DNA of 64,000 nucleotides from Paraspadella gotoi (GCA_051294375.1 CM119263.1:3680785-3744784); one strand, 5' to 3'. Shown: positions 26,171 through 39,552, counted from the stretch's first letter. The notes: a model not told the origin generated them from the sequence alone. Numbers and translations are program-made.

Positions 26171-26350
26171 TCAGCTCGATGGAAAGAGAAGAGATAATAG
26201 GAACAGACTGTCCAATGTCCAATCACTGTCGTAATTCAACATCAATTCATAGGAAAACCAACAACTCTGCAGAATCGCGACATTGTCGTTGACGCCGTCC
26301 ACAAACGCGACTTGGAGGATTTCAAGGTCCTCCGCTAATCTTTTCGGGAT
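26171..26350 (-). CDS. Candidate terminal coding exon (IPKRLAEDLEILQVAFVDGVNDNVAILQSCWFSYELMLNYDSDWTLDSLFLLSLLFPSS-stop), unidentified gene
   Basis: On the minus strand, a long polypyrimidine tract and the acceptor CTTTTCATGTTTTTCAG sit directly before an open, compositionally balanced 59-codon frame ending in TGA. Confidence 0.5.
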   Translation of the reverse strand: MPKRLAEDLEILQVAFVDGVNDNVAILQSCWFSYELMLNYDSDWTLDSLFLLSLLFPSS

Positions 26351-26595
26351 CTGAAAAACATGAAAAGATGAAAAAGGAAGTAAAAAAAGGAAAGGAAAAA
26401 GGAAAAAAAAGGAAAAAAAGGAAATAAAAAGAAAGTCAAAAAATGAAAGAAAAGGAAGTAAAAAAAGGAAATAAAAAAAGGAAATAAAAAGGAAGTAAAA
26501 AAAGAAACGAAAAAAGGAAAGAAAACGGAAGTAAAAAAAGGAAAGAAAAAAAGGAAATAAAAAGGAAGACAAAAAAGGAAGTGAAACTGCGAAAA

Positions 26596-26901
26596 CCAAG
26601 ATGCGTAATTCCAATGAGTTGCGCCGCCAGTGACTTACTTTTTATGTATATTTTCGGGAGATCAAAGAACTACTAGTACTACAGTGGCAGAATTTGTCTC
26701 TTTCTTTATGAAAAACCAAATTAAATCCGTATTAAAATTTCAGACATGTGATTGATTTTCAAGGTGATTACCTGACTTTACAAGTATGATACATATGGTA
26801 TCATACCAAATATGAACTAAATTGATGACTTATAACCAGAGTTATGAGCATAAGTAGGAAAGACATACCGACCGAAAAGTGACTTATCGAGTTACTCCGC
26901 G
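26596..26901 (-). mobile_element. Divergent/truncated HINE-like element, family 1 relative
   Basis: Shares the terminal block caag..gtaattccaatgagttgcgccgc.agtgac and the block gacataccgaccgaaaagtgacttatcgagttactccgcg with the other copies. The internal sequence differs. Confidence 0.55.
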
Positions 26902-27039
26902 AAAGAAAAAATGGGAAGTAAACATCGAAGTGAAAAACAAAGAAAATAACGCGATTAACATCAGTTGAGGTGGAGAAGTCGACATCAGAGGCAGAAGGAA
27001 TTTGCCGAGGTCAAATTCGCTTCGTGTGAATTTTGAGAT

Positions 27040-27167
<128 letters not shown>

Positions 27168-28251
27168 AGAGAGAGAGAGAGAGAGAGAGAGTTTTATGAC
27201 GGCGTTAAAACGGTTAATGGATCTCAACAGAGAATTAGGTTAAACGAACTAAACTTTGTTATGATTGATGGAATTGACAAAGTAAAATCTATAGTCGGGC
27301 CTGCCGTGAGCAGATCCGACTAAAGCTTTGTGGATTATAAAATTTAAAGTTTTCGATTAAAATTAATTTTTGAAGCCAAAATTGTTGAACTAATCCAGTT
27401 TTTTCGACTTCTTCGGCGCAAGAACTCTACTTTTTTTTCTAAAATAAATATTATTAATATTTTTTATATTAATATTTTTTTCCAGCGTCAAATCAATGGA
27501 AGGTTCAAACCTTTTTGGGTTTTCCTCCTCTACTTTGACGTCCGGTCTTTGGACGAACCGAACCTCAGGTTTTCGTCTAAAGTTGAATTGAGCGAAAACG
27601 TCGATAATATTCGTGACTCGCGGACACATTTTCGATATTTGGGGTGAAAAATTGAAAAAGGCTTGTTAGAAAAAAATATTTTTAAAAATTGTTCAGTGTT
27701 CACTGATTTTCCTATCTTAACATAATGTTATATTGTGGCGATATATTCACACCGCCTCACGTCCACCATCCTTCAGCCAAATCCATTGGCTCAGAGCGGG
27801 AACCCACCATCCCAAGCCTAGAGTTCAATCCACAGGCCTCTCGACTTCCCTCTGCGTTGGCAAAGCGAGACCGTCCTAGGGTAACCGCGTCAGTGACTGG
27901 AGGCGTCATTGAGGGTCGGAAGCCCCCAAAGCCAACAGTGAGATGCCCCAGCCCAATGGGCAACACAGGCAACCCGGCTGTTGGCATAATATAAAATTTA
28001 AATATATATAATTAACATCGTTAGTCCTTACNNNNNNNNNNNNNNNNNNNNNNNNNNNNNNNNNNNNNNNNNNNNNNNNNNNNNNNNNNNNNNNNNNNNN
28101 NNNNNNNNNNNNNNNNNNNNNNNNNNNNNNNTTTTGCTATTCTATTATTTTTCAATCTTTCTTGATTTTTTTAATTTTTTCTTTTCTGGTTCTTTCGTTT
28201 TCTTTCTTTTCTCTTTCTTTTTTTTGGGGGGGGAGGTTTCTCTTCTTTTTA

Positions 28252-28612
28252 TTTTTAGTTGCGCCGCGAGTACTCGCGGACCAACTCTATAAGTCACTTT
28301 TAAGTCGGTCGGTATGTCTGTCGTCAGTCTGTCCCACTTACATTGAAAATACATGTAATTTGCTTATAGTTGGTTGCTCATTTGTTTAGACAGAAAAAAC
28401 CTCAAATCTAATGGACTTTTAGCGCCGCCTTCAGGAATTCCTAAAACTAAAGAATAAAAGCCAGAATTTTGATGCAGTGCATGTCATAAATACATGTGCA
28501 AAAAGTTTTTTAATAATGACATGTCATGTCATGTCATATCATGTCATCAAAGAGAAATACATGTGAAAATAAAGTCACTTGGGCGCAACACATTGGAATT
28601 ATCGTTCTTGTT
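28252..28612 (+). mobile_element. HINE-like element family 1, cleanest copy
   Basis: TTTTTAGTTGCG, then the perfect palindrome CCGCGAGTACTCGCGG (28264-28279) and CAACT. Followed by GTCGGTCGG, the conserved core GTCCCACTTAC...AAAAAACCTCAAATCTAA, (ATGTC)n, and the end GGGCGCAACACATTGGAATTATCGTTCTTGTTTTTTT. Confidence 0.75.
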
Positions 28613-30136
28613 TTTTTACTTCTCATCTTTTCTTCAGATAATTTTCTTCGTCTTTCATTGTAAGTCTTTTTTTTTCTTTTCACCTTTCGTCCTTTTGGAT
28701 TTCCTTCTTTTCCTTTTCTCCTTTCTTCCTTTTCCCCTTTTCCTCCTTTTCCTTTCTTCCTTTCTTTCCCTTTTCTCGCATCTCGGCCAGCAGGTGAACG
28801 CAATCATCGTCTCCGGAAAATTCCATTAACCGTTTGTATAAAATTTTTATCATTGATTTAACATAACTTATATATGGTTTAATAATTTGTATATTACAAT
28901 AAAAACTTATTTTCGACAAGAAAGATTAAAATATACAAAAAAAATGGTTACATGCACCATCGAATTCTAGCAGACTACATTAGCACTAAAATAGCTATGT
29001 ACTTCATTGATTTGTTATAATTTGTTAGTTTTCAACGCTCTAACCATCGTGCGTCTCAAGAAACGTCCAGTACCCCTGCCCCTTCGCTGCATTGGCCCGT
29101 CTCCCCTTCCGGCCCCTTGCGTCTCCCCCTTCCGCCCTTGCGGTCTCCCCCCTCCGCCCCCCCTTGCGGTTCTCCCCCTCCGCCCTTGCGGTAGCCAAGG
29201 ACAGAGGCGTATGACGCNNNNNNNNNNNNNNNNNNNNNNNNNAAGGCATCGAGAGAGACGCTAAGAAAAGATTTAGGGGGGTAATGAGGATCATGAAAGG
29301 GGCACTGAGGGACGCTCAACGCGAACTGCAGGGGGCCCTTAAGGGTGCATAGACGGTGTTAAGGGGGCAAACAGAAATACTGAGGGGCGGATGAGGGGTA
29401 AAAAGGGGATCACCGAGTGGGCACTAAAGACCGGTGGAAACTGGGCAGAGGGTCGAGTAAACGAGGGTGAGGAAGGGCGTGGCCAAAGCTGAGGCGTCGG
29501 CGTCCCGTCGACTTCTAATTCCCGACTGAAACGAGTTGCGTCCGCGAGGTAAGTTAACGCGTCGGTGCGGGTAAGTTCAAGCGTTGGCGAGAGTAAGTTT
29601 TTTGACTTCGGGGATAATTTTGATGGCTGGTCTGTTTCCTGTCATTAGCTCGTCTGACGGATTCTTAAGTTGTTAAATTTCGCGTTTATTTCGATACAAG
29701 ACTTATTTTTTTGTGCCAGGTCAATGATAAGGTCAATTATTTGCTCTATTCCTGACCCGGGTCAATGTCGCGGCTTAGTTTGCCCAGACGGTGAGAGGGG
29801 TCAGAAAAGGTGGCAACGAATCGACGTCTGGAGTCAGTGAGATAAAAGTTGTTCTTCCAGAAATTGGCGGAAAAGGAAAAAGGGAAAGACGCGGAAAACT
29901 TATTATAATATAAAATAGATTTATTTTTTTAATAATACTATAATATAAAAAAATATAAACTTCCGAGACCAAAATAATTCGTTTGTACTGCGTTTTGTTT
30001 CAAATAAAAATTTGATAGAGCAATGCTCACATTTCTCTCGGTGAATATAGAAGCCAAAATCTCGTTTACATAATTTATAATCTGGCAAATTTATTTAATA
30101 TGTAAAATAAAAATACAAATTAGCATAAGAAATAAA

Positions 30137-30169
<33 letters not shown>

Positions 30170-31111
30170 NNNNNNNNNNNNNNNNNNNNNNNNNNNNNNN
30201 NNNNNNNNNNNNNNNNNNNNNNNNNNNNNNNNNNNNNNNNNNNNNNNNNNNNNNNNNNNNNNNNNNNNNNNNNNNNNNNNNNNNNNNNNNNNNNNNNNNN
30301 NNNNNNNNNNNNNNNNNNNNNNNNNNNNNNNNNNNNNNNNNNNNNNNNNNNNNNNNNNNNNNNNNNNNNNNNNNNNNNNNNNNNNNNNNNNNNNNNNNNN
30401 NNNNNNNNNNNTGTTGAAAGATTTAATAATATTTAAAACACTTTATATTTTTTACCGTGTAATTATTTTTTTACTTTCAGTTCTATTTTTAGCTCGTTAA
30501 GGGTTTTGCTCCCTCGGAATTCCTAAGACTCCCCTCCATCCATTTTCGGTCCATTTGCATCGATTTTGTTCGAATTTGAAAAGCGACGACGACAACAACA
30601 ACAACAACGAACTAAAGTCGATATATTCCCGGGCGCGAGGATCGTCTTTGTGTGTGTNNNNNNNNNNNNNNNNNNNNNNNNNNNNNNNNNATGATTAATT
30701 ATGTTTAAATCTTTTGAAGGAAAACAAGAAAAACTAGGAAAAGAGAAAAGCTAAAAAAAATAATAATAATTTTCCGTCTCTATACCCACTGCCAAAGAAA
30801 ATATGTTGAAATATGTATAACAAACAAACAAACGAAAGAATTAAAGACGTTTGAACGTTTTATTTTTTTTTCTGAGGAGATAAAAGAATATCTTTGGAAG
30901 TCTTTACAAAGAATTCTAAAGAAAGGAAAACATACAGAATATGGCTNNNNNNNNNNNNNNNNNNNNNNNNNNNNNNNNNNNNNNNNNNNNNNNNNNNNNN
31001 NNNNNNNNNNNNNNNNNNNNNNNNNNNNNNNNNNNNNNNNNNNNNNNNNNNNNNNNNNNNNNNNNNNNNNNNNNNNNNNNNNNNNNNNNNNNNNNNNNNN
31101 NNNNNNNNNNG

Positions 31112-31143
<32 letters not shown>

Positions 31144-31532
31144 GGAGAGAGAGAGTACTACTTCGGTTTTTTAAAAAGATAAATGCTCGCGCATACTTAA
31201 GTACAAGTTCCAGATACCTTTTACCCATATTCACCGTCCTCACCGAATCATTAGGCTACCTTGGCTTCTCACTCCCTTTTCCCTTGTGAGTACATCTCCC
31301 CTTTTCCTCTTTTTACTTTTATCTCTTTTTTTTTCTTTCTCACATTTTACCAAATCGATTCTCTTTTCTTTCTCTTTTCCCCAGTCCTACTCTATTTACT
31401 ATTACTACAACTCCAACCTTTACTACTACTACTGCTAACATATTCTCTACATCTTTTACTAATCATTTTCTCAATATTACTTAATCCAATATTCTTCTTC
31501 CCCTATTGTAATTCCTACTTCGCTCTCCTCCC

Positions 31533-31650
31533 GCCAATTACTTCCACCTCCAAACCATTAATTCCCTTCCCCCACGCCAATTACTTCCACCTCTAAACCA
31601 TTAATTCCCCTCCCCCCACGCCAATTACTTCCACCCCCAAACCATTATTT
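31533..31650 (+). repeat. 43-44-bp tandem repeat CGCCAATTACTTCCACCTCCAAACCATTAATTCCCTTCCCCCA (~2.7 units)
   Basis: Direct reading. Confidence 0.9.
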
Positions 31651-33090
31651 CCGCCATCTTTTCCACCATATTTTCTTTCCGCACTAACGATTTTCGGAGA
31701 CTCTGTTCGTAGGAAAACGAGTTTCAATCAGCGACAGTCGCCTTCGTCTCTTCTTTCCTCCCATCCTCCTCATCTTCTTTCCTCCCTTCCTCCCTTTTTT
31801 CTTTTCTTATATTGCTCATCCTCTTTCCTCCTTTCCTCTCTTTTTATTTTCTTTTATAGCTCATCTTCTTTCCTCCATTTTTTTTCTTTTATCGCTCATC
31901 TTCTTTCCTCCCTTCCTCCATTTTTTCTTTTCTTATATCGCTCATCTTATTTCCTCTTTTCCTCTCTTTTTCTTTTCTTTTATAGTTCATCTTCTTTTCT
32001 CCTTTCTTTTCTTTGTTGTTTCCCTTTAAAACTTATATTTTTTCTCCCTTCTTTTTCTTCTTCTCTTCTTTTCTCCCTTTCTCCCGTTAATCTTTTCTTT
32101 AACTTTCTATCTTCCTTCCTCCCTTCCTCCCTTTCTTTCATCCGTGATTTTTTCTCTTTTTTAATTTATTCTTTTCTTTTACCGCTTCTACCTTAAAAAG
32201 GATATTCTTTCCTCTCTCAATCTCTTTTCTTCTTTTTTGTGGCTTCTCTTTTTTGCTACTTTAGTCACTTCTTTCTTTTACTTCTTTTTTTTTCTTTTAC
32301 GGTTTCTTTTCCTTCCTCCGTTTCCTTATCCGATTATTTTCCTTCACCAGTCACACAAGTTGTCACTCCTTGACACGTTGGCTCTTCTCATTTTCATCTT
32401 TCCTTTCCTCCATTGCTCCTTTTCCGCCCTCAGTTTCACAGCCTTTCTCTAAATCACCTCTCGACTATTTTCACCCCAATTTCCGTTCACTAAACCTCAC
32501 AATTTTATTGCTTCTCCCTACCGATGACTGAATCGGTGAACTACTTCAAAATCAGCCTGAACTTTCCCGGGAAAAAAAAATTCTTAACCCGCAGCTGCTT
32601 CTCTCCCAGACTGATGAGCCTTACCCTGCGGTCCTCACCCGCATAAATCCTGAGAGGCGAACTTCGAGTCGCTTGAATACAGATTAGAAGACGATTTCTC
32701 GCATCAACGGGTTTTTCAGGAAATTGGTGCATCAATGTGTAGATTATGTATGTAAAGTTGATGTAAGGTTTCAGTGGAAATCGAAAGAAAAAAAGTTTAA
32801 AATGTTTGAGATTTGGGAGAAAAATCATGATTAAATTTTGTCTTTTTTGATGGCGACGATGACGACGACGATATCGACGACGACGACGATATCAACGACG
32901 ACGATATCAACGACGACGATATCGACGACGACGAAAATAACGACGAAAACCAACACACTCCATTTATTGTGGATAAAAAAACAAATACCAATTTCATAGA
33001 ATTAATATTGAAATGATTTTCTTTTAAAACGCAGTCAAACTTAAATTACTCTAAATCACGATATCTTCGGTTTTGCCATACTTGTAGGAT

Positions 33091-33157
33091 TTACTCCTTT
33101 AACTTACTCTTTTAGCTTACTCTTTTAACCTACTCCTTTAACTTACTCTTTTAACCG
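33091..33157 (-). repeat. 13-bp repeat GAGTAAGTTAAA(A/G) x5 on the minus strand
   Basis: ttactcctttaac ttactcttttagc ttactcttttaac ctactcctttaac ttactcttttaac. Confidence 0.9.
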
Positions 33158-36100
33158 TAACACTTACCATTCCGAGGATTTTTTAGCAATAGGGTCAATT
33201 CTAATAATATATCTCAGCAACGGGGATGAAAAACACAGCAATTTCTTTGGGGAATAAATGAGCTTGACTTAGACGCCACAACGGGTCCTTATTGAAAAGG
33301 AAACGAACTGGATTCTAATTGGCGCCTTAACTTTTTTTTTAGCTCTAGAGCTCAGCTGCCTTTTACCAAGTAAAACTCATTGTTATCAATTCATAACTCG
33401 GACTTAAAAGCTCTTATCCACGTCCAAGTCTACCTACTCAGTTCTGATCACTTCATAGTTGATCCAAACAAGTTAGATCTAATCATTGATCATCCAAGTG
33501 ATCCCATTAAGTATTATCATCACGTCTTACCATGATTGAGTTAACTTCCCGATCAAACATGTTGCAATTTCGAGACATCTCGCGAAGCACAGACATGTTC
33601 TATTCAATCTGCTTATATGTGCTGAGTCCGTTGATCATCTGCTCCGTGCAACCCAATATTTCCTCGCACTACCAATACGCACACTCTTTCTGGACATAGC
33701 CCTCACCTCGCATTATCTCTGCGTCGTTATTTCATGAGGAGAGATAAGAGGAGAAATGACGAAACTACGATGATCTATAAAGCATGAATATATAAAGAGA
33801 GATATACAAGAATATAATATGATAATACCTACCATTCATACCGAATCTCATCCCCAACAAATTCATTCTTTCCTCATGTTTTGGCGCCCAACGGTTCCTT
33901 TCTTATTTTCATAGATTTTCTCTTCTTTCTTCTTCATTTCTTAATCACCTTTCTTTTTCTTAAACCAGGCCACCTCTTTCCCTAATTCTTCCACCATAAT
34001 TCTCTACCTATTTTTCAGACTACTGTTTTACTTTTTCTTTTTATTAAAATACAGCTAATCACTATAATTCCTTTATAACAACCGACAACATAACTCAACA
34101 AATGTTACAATTCGGGATAATAATCTTTTTGTGTTTTTTTATACATCACCACACTCTTATTCGAATAAACTTATTTTTAACTCATTATTTTTTGCTTCTT
34201 ACTCTTTTAAACCATTTCCTCCACCTTATCATACTCACCCCTTCTTTCTTAACTTCACCCACGCCCCTTAATCCGATTTAACATCAAACAGTAAACGATA
34301 TAGATATGGAGAATGTAAAACACCGTTTTACACGCAATTATCGTCATTTTTTTCACTAAAAGACACTCTCCCTCCTTCTCTCTCTCTCTTCTCTCTCTCG
34401 TCTTCTTCTCTCTCTTCCTTCTCTTCGTCATTAACTTCTCTCTGTCTTTCTCTCCTTTCTTCCTCTCTCTAGCGTCATCCCTTTCACCCTCTCTCCTTTC
34501 CTTCCTCTATCCGCCTCTCTCGCTTCTGTTGTCCTCATCCCTCCATTCCTTTCTTCCTTCCTTCACTCCGTTTCTCCTTATCTTATCTTGTATCTTTCGG
34601 GCTCCGCGACATTTGAATCATTGATTCTTCTAAGTAGTTCCATCCCCGAACGCCAAATTGGCACAATGGTGTTCGAGACCTCATCTTCCCAACGGCTCTC
34701 CACATGCCGACTCATTTTACATCTACCATGGCGTTGCCCCATTAGTAGTCACACTAATATTGGCTAGATTTTTTCTCGGGATTTTACCAGTTGGCACGGC
34801 GTCTTCTCAACCTTTGATCGACTGTTCAAACCTCTTTATTCCGCCAAAGATACCAAAATCTGGGCCTTATTTGTCGCTAGAAAGCCGGTCCCATTTTAAT
34901 TCAAAGAAAAAAGCTCTTGCTTGCACTCTGAGTCTTCTTCAAGTCTTTCATCGACCGACAAATATCTCGGCCGGTGGAATACACTTGTCCTTTTCTCTAC
35001 TGTCGACTACTTAAATGAAACCTCACCGCGTTATTTTCGTAACATAAAATACAATTTCCATTTTCTATCTACAACTATAACAAAAACAAAGCTCCTTCTG
35101 AACAGCCAATATCTGAAATCTTGTAAATACGATATTCTATTATATCTAATTTTAGAAGCATCTCAAGTAATGAAAGATGTGTTACAAGTAGTTTAAGGAT
35201 TTAGTCGTTAATCGGCTTTAACGCCGTCTTCAGATGCGATGTAAGGCTTTGCTGGACGGATAAGGCGCTATGCTTGAGTATGATCATAGGTTAAGGTAGT
35301 GACTAGGAGTCCAGAGGCACAACATCAAGGTGTACGTCCAATTCTATTCGAAGAGACCGACTGCACATCTAATAAAATTATATCTCGACCTTTGCGTTTA
35401 GAAGTTAAGGTGTTTAGACGGGTTTAAACAAATAGCAAGTTTCCTGGAAATATCTGATATAACCACGGAGACCGATCGATAGAATACCGGGCTGGGAGGA
35501 CCACCCTGCGGTTATCGACCGCGCATCAGCCGCTGTAGGAGAAGTCCTTTTTGTTGATGTCTTATGCTTCACTGTTTTTTTTTTAAATTTTTCGATTATA
35601 CGTCGCCATATTCCTTCCTATTATTGTTTCGTTTCAACTAATTTCCTTTCCGCTCAATTTTTATTCTTCTTAACCTCACGTCATTCATCCCCCCCGCATG
35701 CGTCCAGACCGTTATTTGAACTCCAGATTCTGATAGCTTTTAGTCTCTCAAGCTCTTCACTGCTCGGCACAAGCCCGCCGCCTCGCCGCCCGCCCGTCCT
35801 GCCTCGCGCGCCGCCTTTAAACCTTGGACGCCGGACTATTATCGATCACCCTCTTCACGCACTTATACGCACAAAGCAGAAAAGTGAAACATGTTAAATG
35901 GCGATCGAACGACTCACGGGGGTCGATTTTAATCGAGACTCTGTGTACGGGGTCGATTACATTTGCAATGGGTATGGTCAATCGTCTCACCCGCAACCCC
36001 GTGATGCTCACATGCTGCTCTGTCACACTGCATTTACATGTATCGTATAATATGTCACCACATTAGTGGACATGTCCATAGTGTGCGGCTGTTCGACACG

Positions 36101-38440
36101 CCGTCTCCGGGACGAATCATTCCAATCAAACCTGGTACCTATATTCAGGCGCAGTAAAACTGAATGCTCGGATTTCGACAAAAGGAGAGCTCTTGACGAA
36201 TTCTGGAAAATAGTATTCACCTTTCAGCCTTTTTTCAAAGGCGTCCTGGTCTGTTTGTTTCGGATTGTTTTTTCTTTCGAGTTTAACTATATAAAAACTT
36301 AGATAAGAAAGTCCTATTAGCACGAGCGTTTGCAGCATCCAACTGGCTGTGAAGGCTCGGTTTCTTCCGTGTAAATAGGGCCATGTAATTCACCTTTATT
36401 CACGACCTCTTAATTCTAGTTGAAGATATACTTTCCATAAATCTGTTCTTCTTATAGAAAAATTTGATATTTCTATGCTATCCAGTCACTCGCCTCATTG
36501 GATGTTCATTACTTTTTACTTTTAGCAGTAATTCCTTATTTGAACGATGCAGAAAACTTTTTCGCAAAAAACCTGCTCACAGTAGTATAGTCCCTTTCCA
36601 CCTTTGATCGTTTTCTTGCCCAACGCATCCACTAGCTCTTGCTCTTCGAAGACTAAAGTTCAACGGTCTGAGCCTGTCAATAGCTTCTTCGTTCGCTCGT
36701 TAGACTTTCACACTATCTCCTCCGGCAAGTAATGTTTAATGTGTGATCTTGTCACTCTGTGCCCTCAATTAGAACTCTCATTAAACAAGTATATAGTCGA
36801 GTTATTGAAATATCGTCAGCTATTCGTAAGTCCAAATTATGATCAAGCGATTCATCTTCGCATACGAAGTGATCACATATCTTCGCATAAATTTTTTAAC
36901 TTCATAAAACTAAAAAGTTATAACAAAACCCCCGTCCTTGGGGAAATTATTGGTGGATTAGAATTATGTATATGCGTTAGTGCCTATATTTTAGACTTAT
37001 AGTAGTCGATCGACAACCCACAACAGTTGAGTGAGTATACGGCGCGATGTAGCAACAAAGAACGATTTAATAAATATAAGATAGTAGAGAGATTGAGCGC
37101 TTACTGTACAAATGAATCGCTTTAAATTCTAAAAATATATTTATTTGTAGACACATTAGCCGGCTTTACATATAAAAAAGCACGAATTTCTCTTGAAAAT
37201 CTACGTTCTACCGACAGTGAGAAAATAATTTTGTTTTAATATTTTTAGAAACGATTTCTATCGTGGTATTTTTTTAATAAGTTTTCGATGTTTTTGCAAT
37301 ACGTGAAAACCTCCTACCAAGATATAGAAAATGAGTAAGATACAGCTAAATTAAAGGACAATTCTTTACAGATTTTTATGGCTGGCTGTGATCCCTGGGC
37401 CGCTGTTAAAATAGTATAATACTCCTTACGGGTGATCCTTATTAAGATTATGTTGGCGGCTAAAAGAAGAAGAATATCGAGATATGAACTCGATTTCGCT
37501 TCGACGATTAATTTGGTTAGATAAAGAATATTAAAATGAGCGTAATGCGACCGTTCATAAATATTATTATCATGAAGATGATACTGATGAGAATGATGAT
37601 GATGATGTGATGGATGATGATGATGATGATGACGATGATATGTAGTGAATGATTATCAATTGGGCAGTTGGCGAAAACTTTCTCTAAAACCGGTCATTTA
37701 CCATAAATCATGGTTATGGCACTATGACTTGTTGCAAAGTTCAGGCGCACAAGAAGGAACTATACTATTTTTTTGTAGAACAAGCGTAAATGATAAGACT
37801 CATCTGAAGAAACCACGCGGGAAAGGACGACGAGCGACGACCAGACGACTAATGAATGACGCCGACGGGACACGAACGACGAGAAAACAGACTCATCTGT
37901 GTAAAATCCTTAGGATTCTCGCCGCAACAGACTACGATCACACCGACGACGAGAAAGACGACGACGAGGACGACGGCGACGAGACGAAATCGACTGGGAA
38001 GTGGGCGACGACGAAATATCGCTGCGAAAGCATGGCGACGACAATAGATGGCGACCGACCGAAGATGGCGACGACGGAAGCACAATGGAACCGAAGACGG
38101 CAGAGAGGACCTGATTCCGGGCGACGAACGAAGAAAAGAGATTATTTGAAAAGTCTCACTTTCCGCTGAAGACCGGAAGGCGAAGGGACTTTTATTATTT
38201 GGGCGAAAGTCTTGATCTTTTTTCTTTCGGCAACGGACGTTCTCTAATTCTGCGTGCTCCGTTTCTCCTCGTTCTGCTAGTATCCTCCGTTATCCTCGTT
38301 CTCGCTAGTTTTCCCATTAATCGGATTAATTAATGGCTTTTTGCAATCATCGTCGTTCTTGTCTTCGGTCTTCGTCCGTCATCGACATCATCATCGTTGC
38401 TAAACTTCGCCTTTTGACTTTTCCTATTCTCTCTCTCTTC

Positions 38441-38484
<44 letters not shown>

Positions 38485-38980
38485 CCTTTTCTCTCTCTCT
38501 CTCTCCTTCTCTCTCTCTCTCTCACTTCGTCCCCTTTTCGATTCATGACCGGAATAAATCGAAACTGCGGTGGGGCGAATTAAATTATGGTGGCGATTTT
38601 TGATTGGCCTTTCCGTTTGACACAGACCGCGAAAGAGGTGGGGGTGGAGAGAGAGAGAGAGAGGGAGAGGGAAGAGGAGAGAGGAGAGAGAGAGAGGAGA
38701 GAAAAGAGAGACAGAGAAAGAGTCTAGGGGGTGTAAAATGCGTCGTGCCGAATGAGAGGAAGGCGGAACCGAAACGGGGGGCGGTTGAGAGATGGGCGCG
38801 TGGGGAAATCGTCGTCGTCTTCATCGTTGTCGTCTTCGTCGTCGTCGTCTTTCATCGTCGCTCTTCTTCGTCGTCGTCTTCGTCTATTTTTGATTCGACT
38901 ATCGAAATCATACGCGACTTCAGCGATTTTCGCCTTCAATCTTTTTTTATCCTCGTCTCTTCGGACGTTGTTCTTTCTTT

Positions 38981-39018
<38 letters not shown>

Positions 39019-39552
39019 TTTATTTTTCGTTACTTCTGGACTACTTGGTCGTCGTTATCGTCTTTTCTGCTGTCGTCGTCGTTTTCCAAAAATCGATGCT
39101 ACTTTCTCGTTCGTTTGTTACTATTTTTTGTCCTTACTTTTTCCGTTATTTTCGTTCTAATAGTGTTATTTTTGGTTTTTTGTTTGTCTCTTTTGCAGCT
39201 GTCGTAGGTTTGTCCGTGTTTTCGTCTCGTATTTATTTTATTAAGTAATAACGTATATTCTTATATGACTAATTTCACTATGTAATTTTTTTAAACCAAT
39301 TGATGTTTCATTTCATATCTGTTTTCAATTAATCAGAATCTTATCAATTTAAATCAGGAAATGTCTTTTGTTTCAGTAAATAATGCAAAATTTAAAAAGT
39401 TAAAGTAATAAAAACAAGTAAACAAAAAATAGAGAACGTGGGAATTGCTGATGAGTCTATCTTTTTATCTATCTTTTTATCTTTCTTCTTTTTCTTTCTT
39501 TTTTTTTCCTTTTTTTCTTTCTTCTTTCTTTCTTTTTTCTTTCCTTTCTTTT

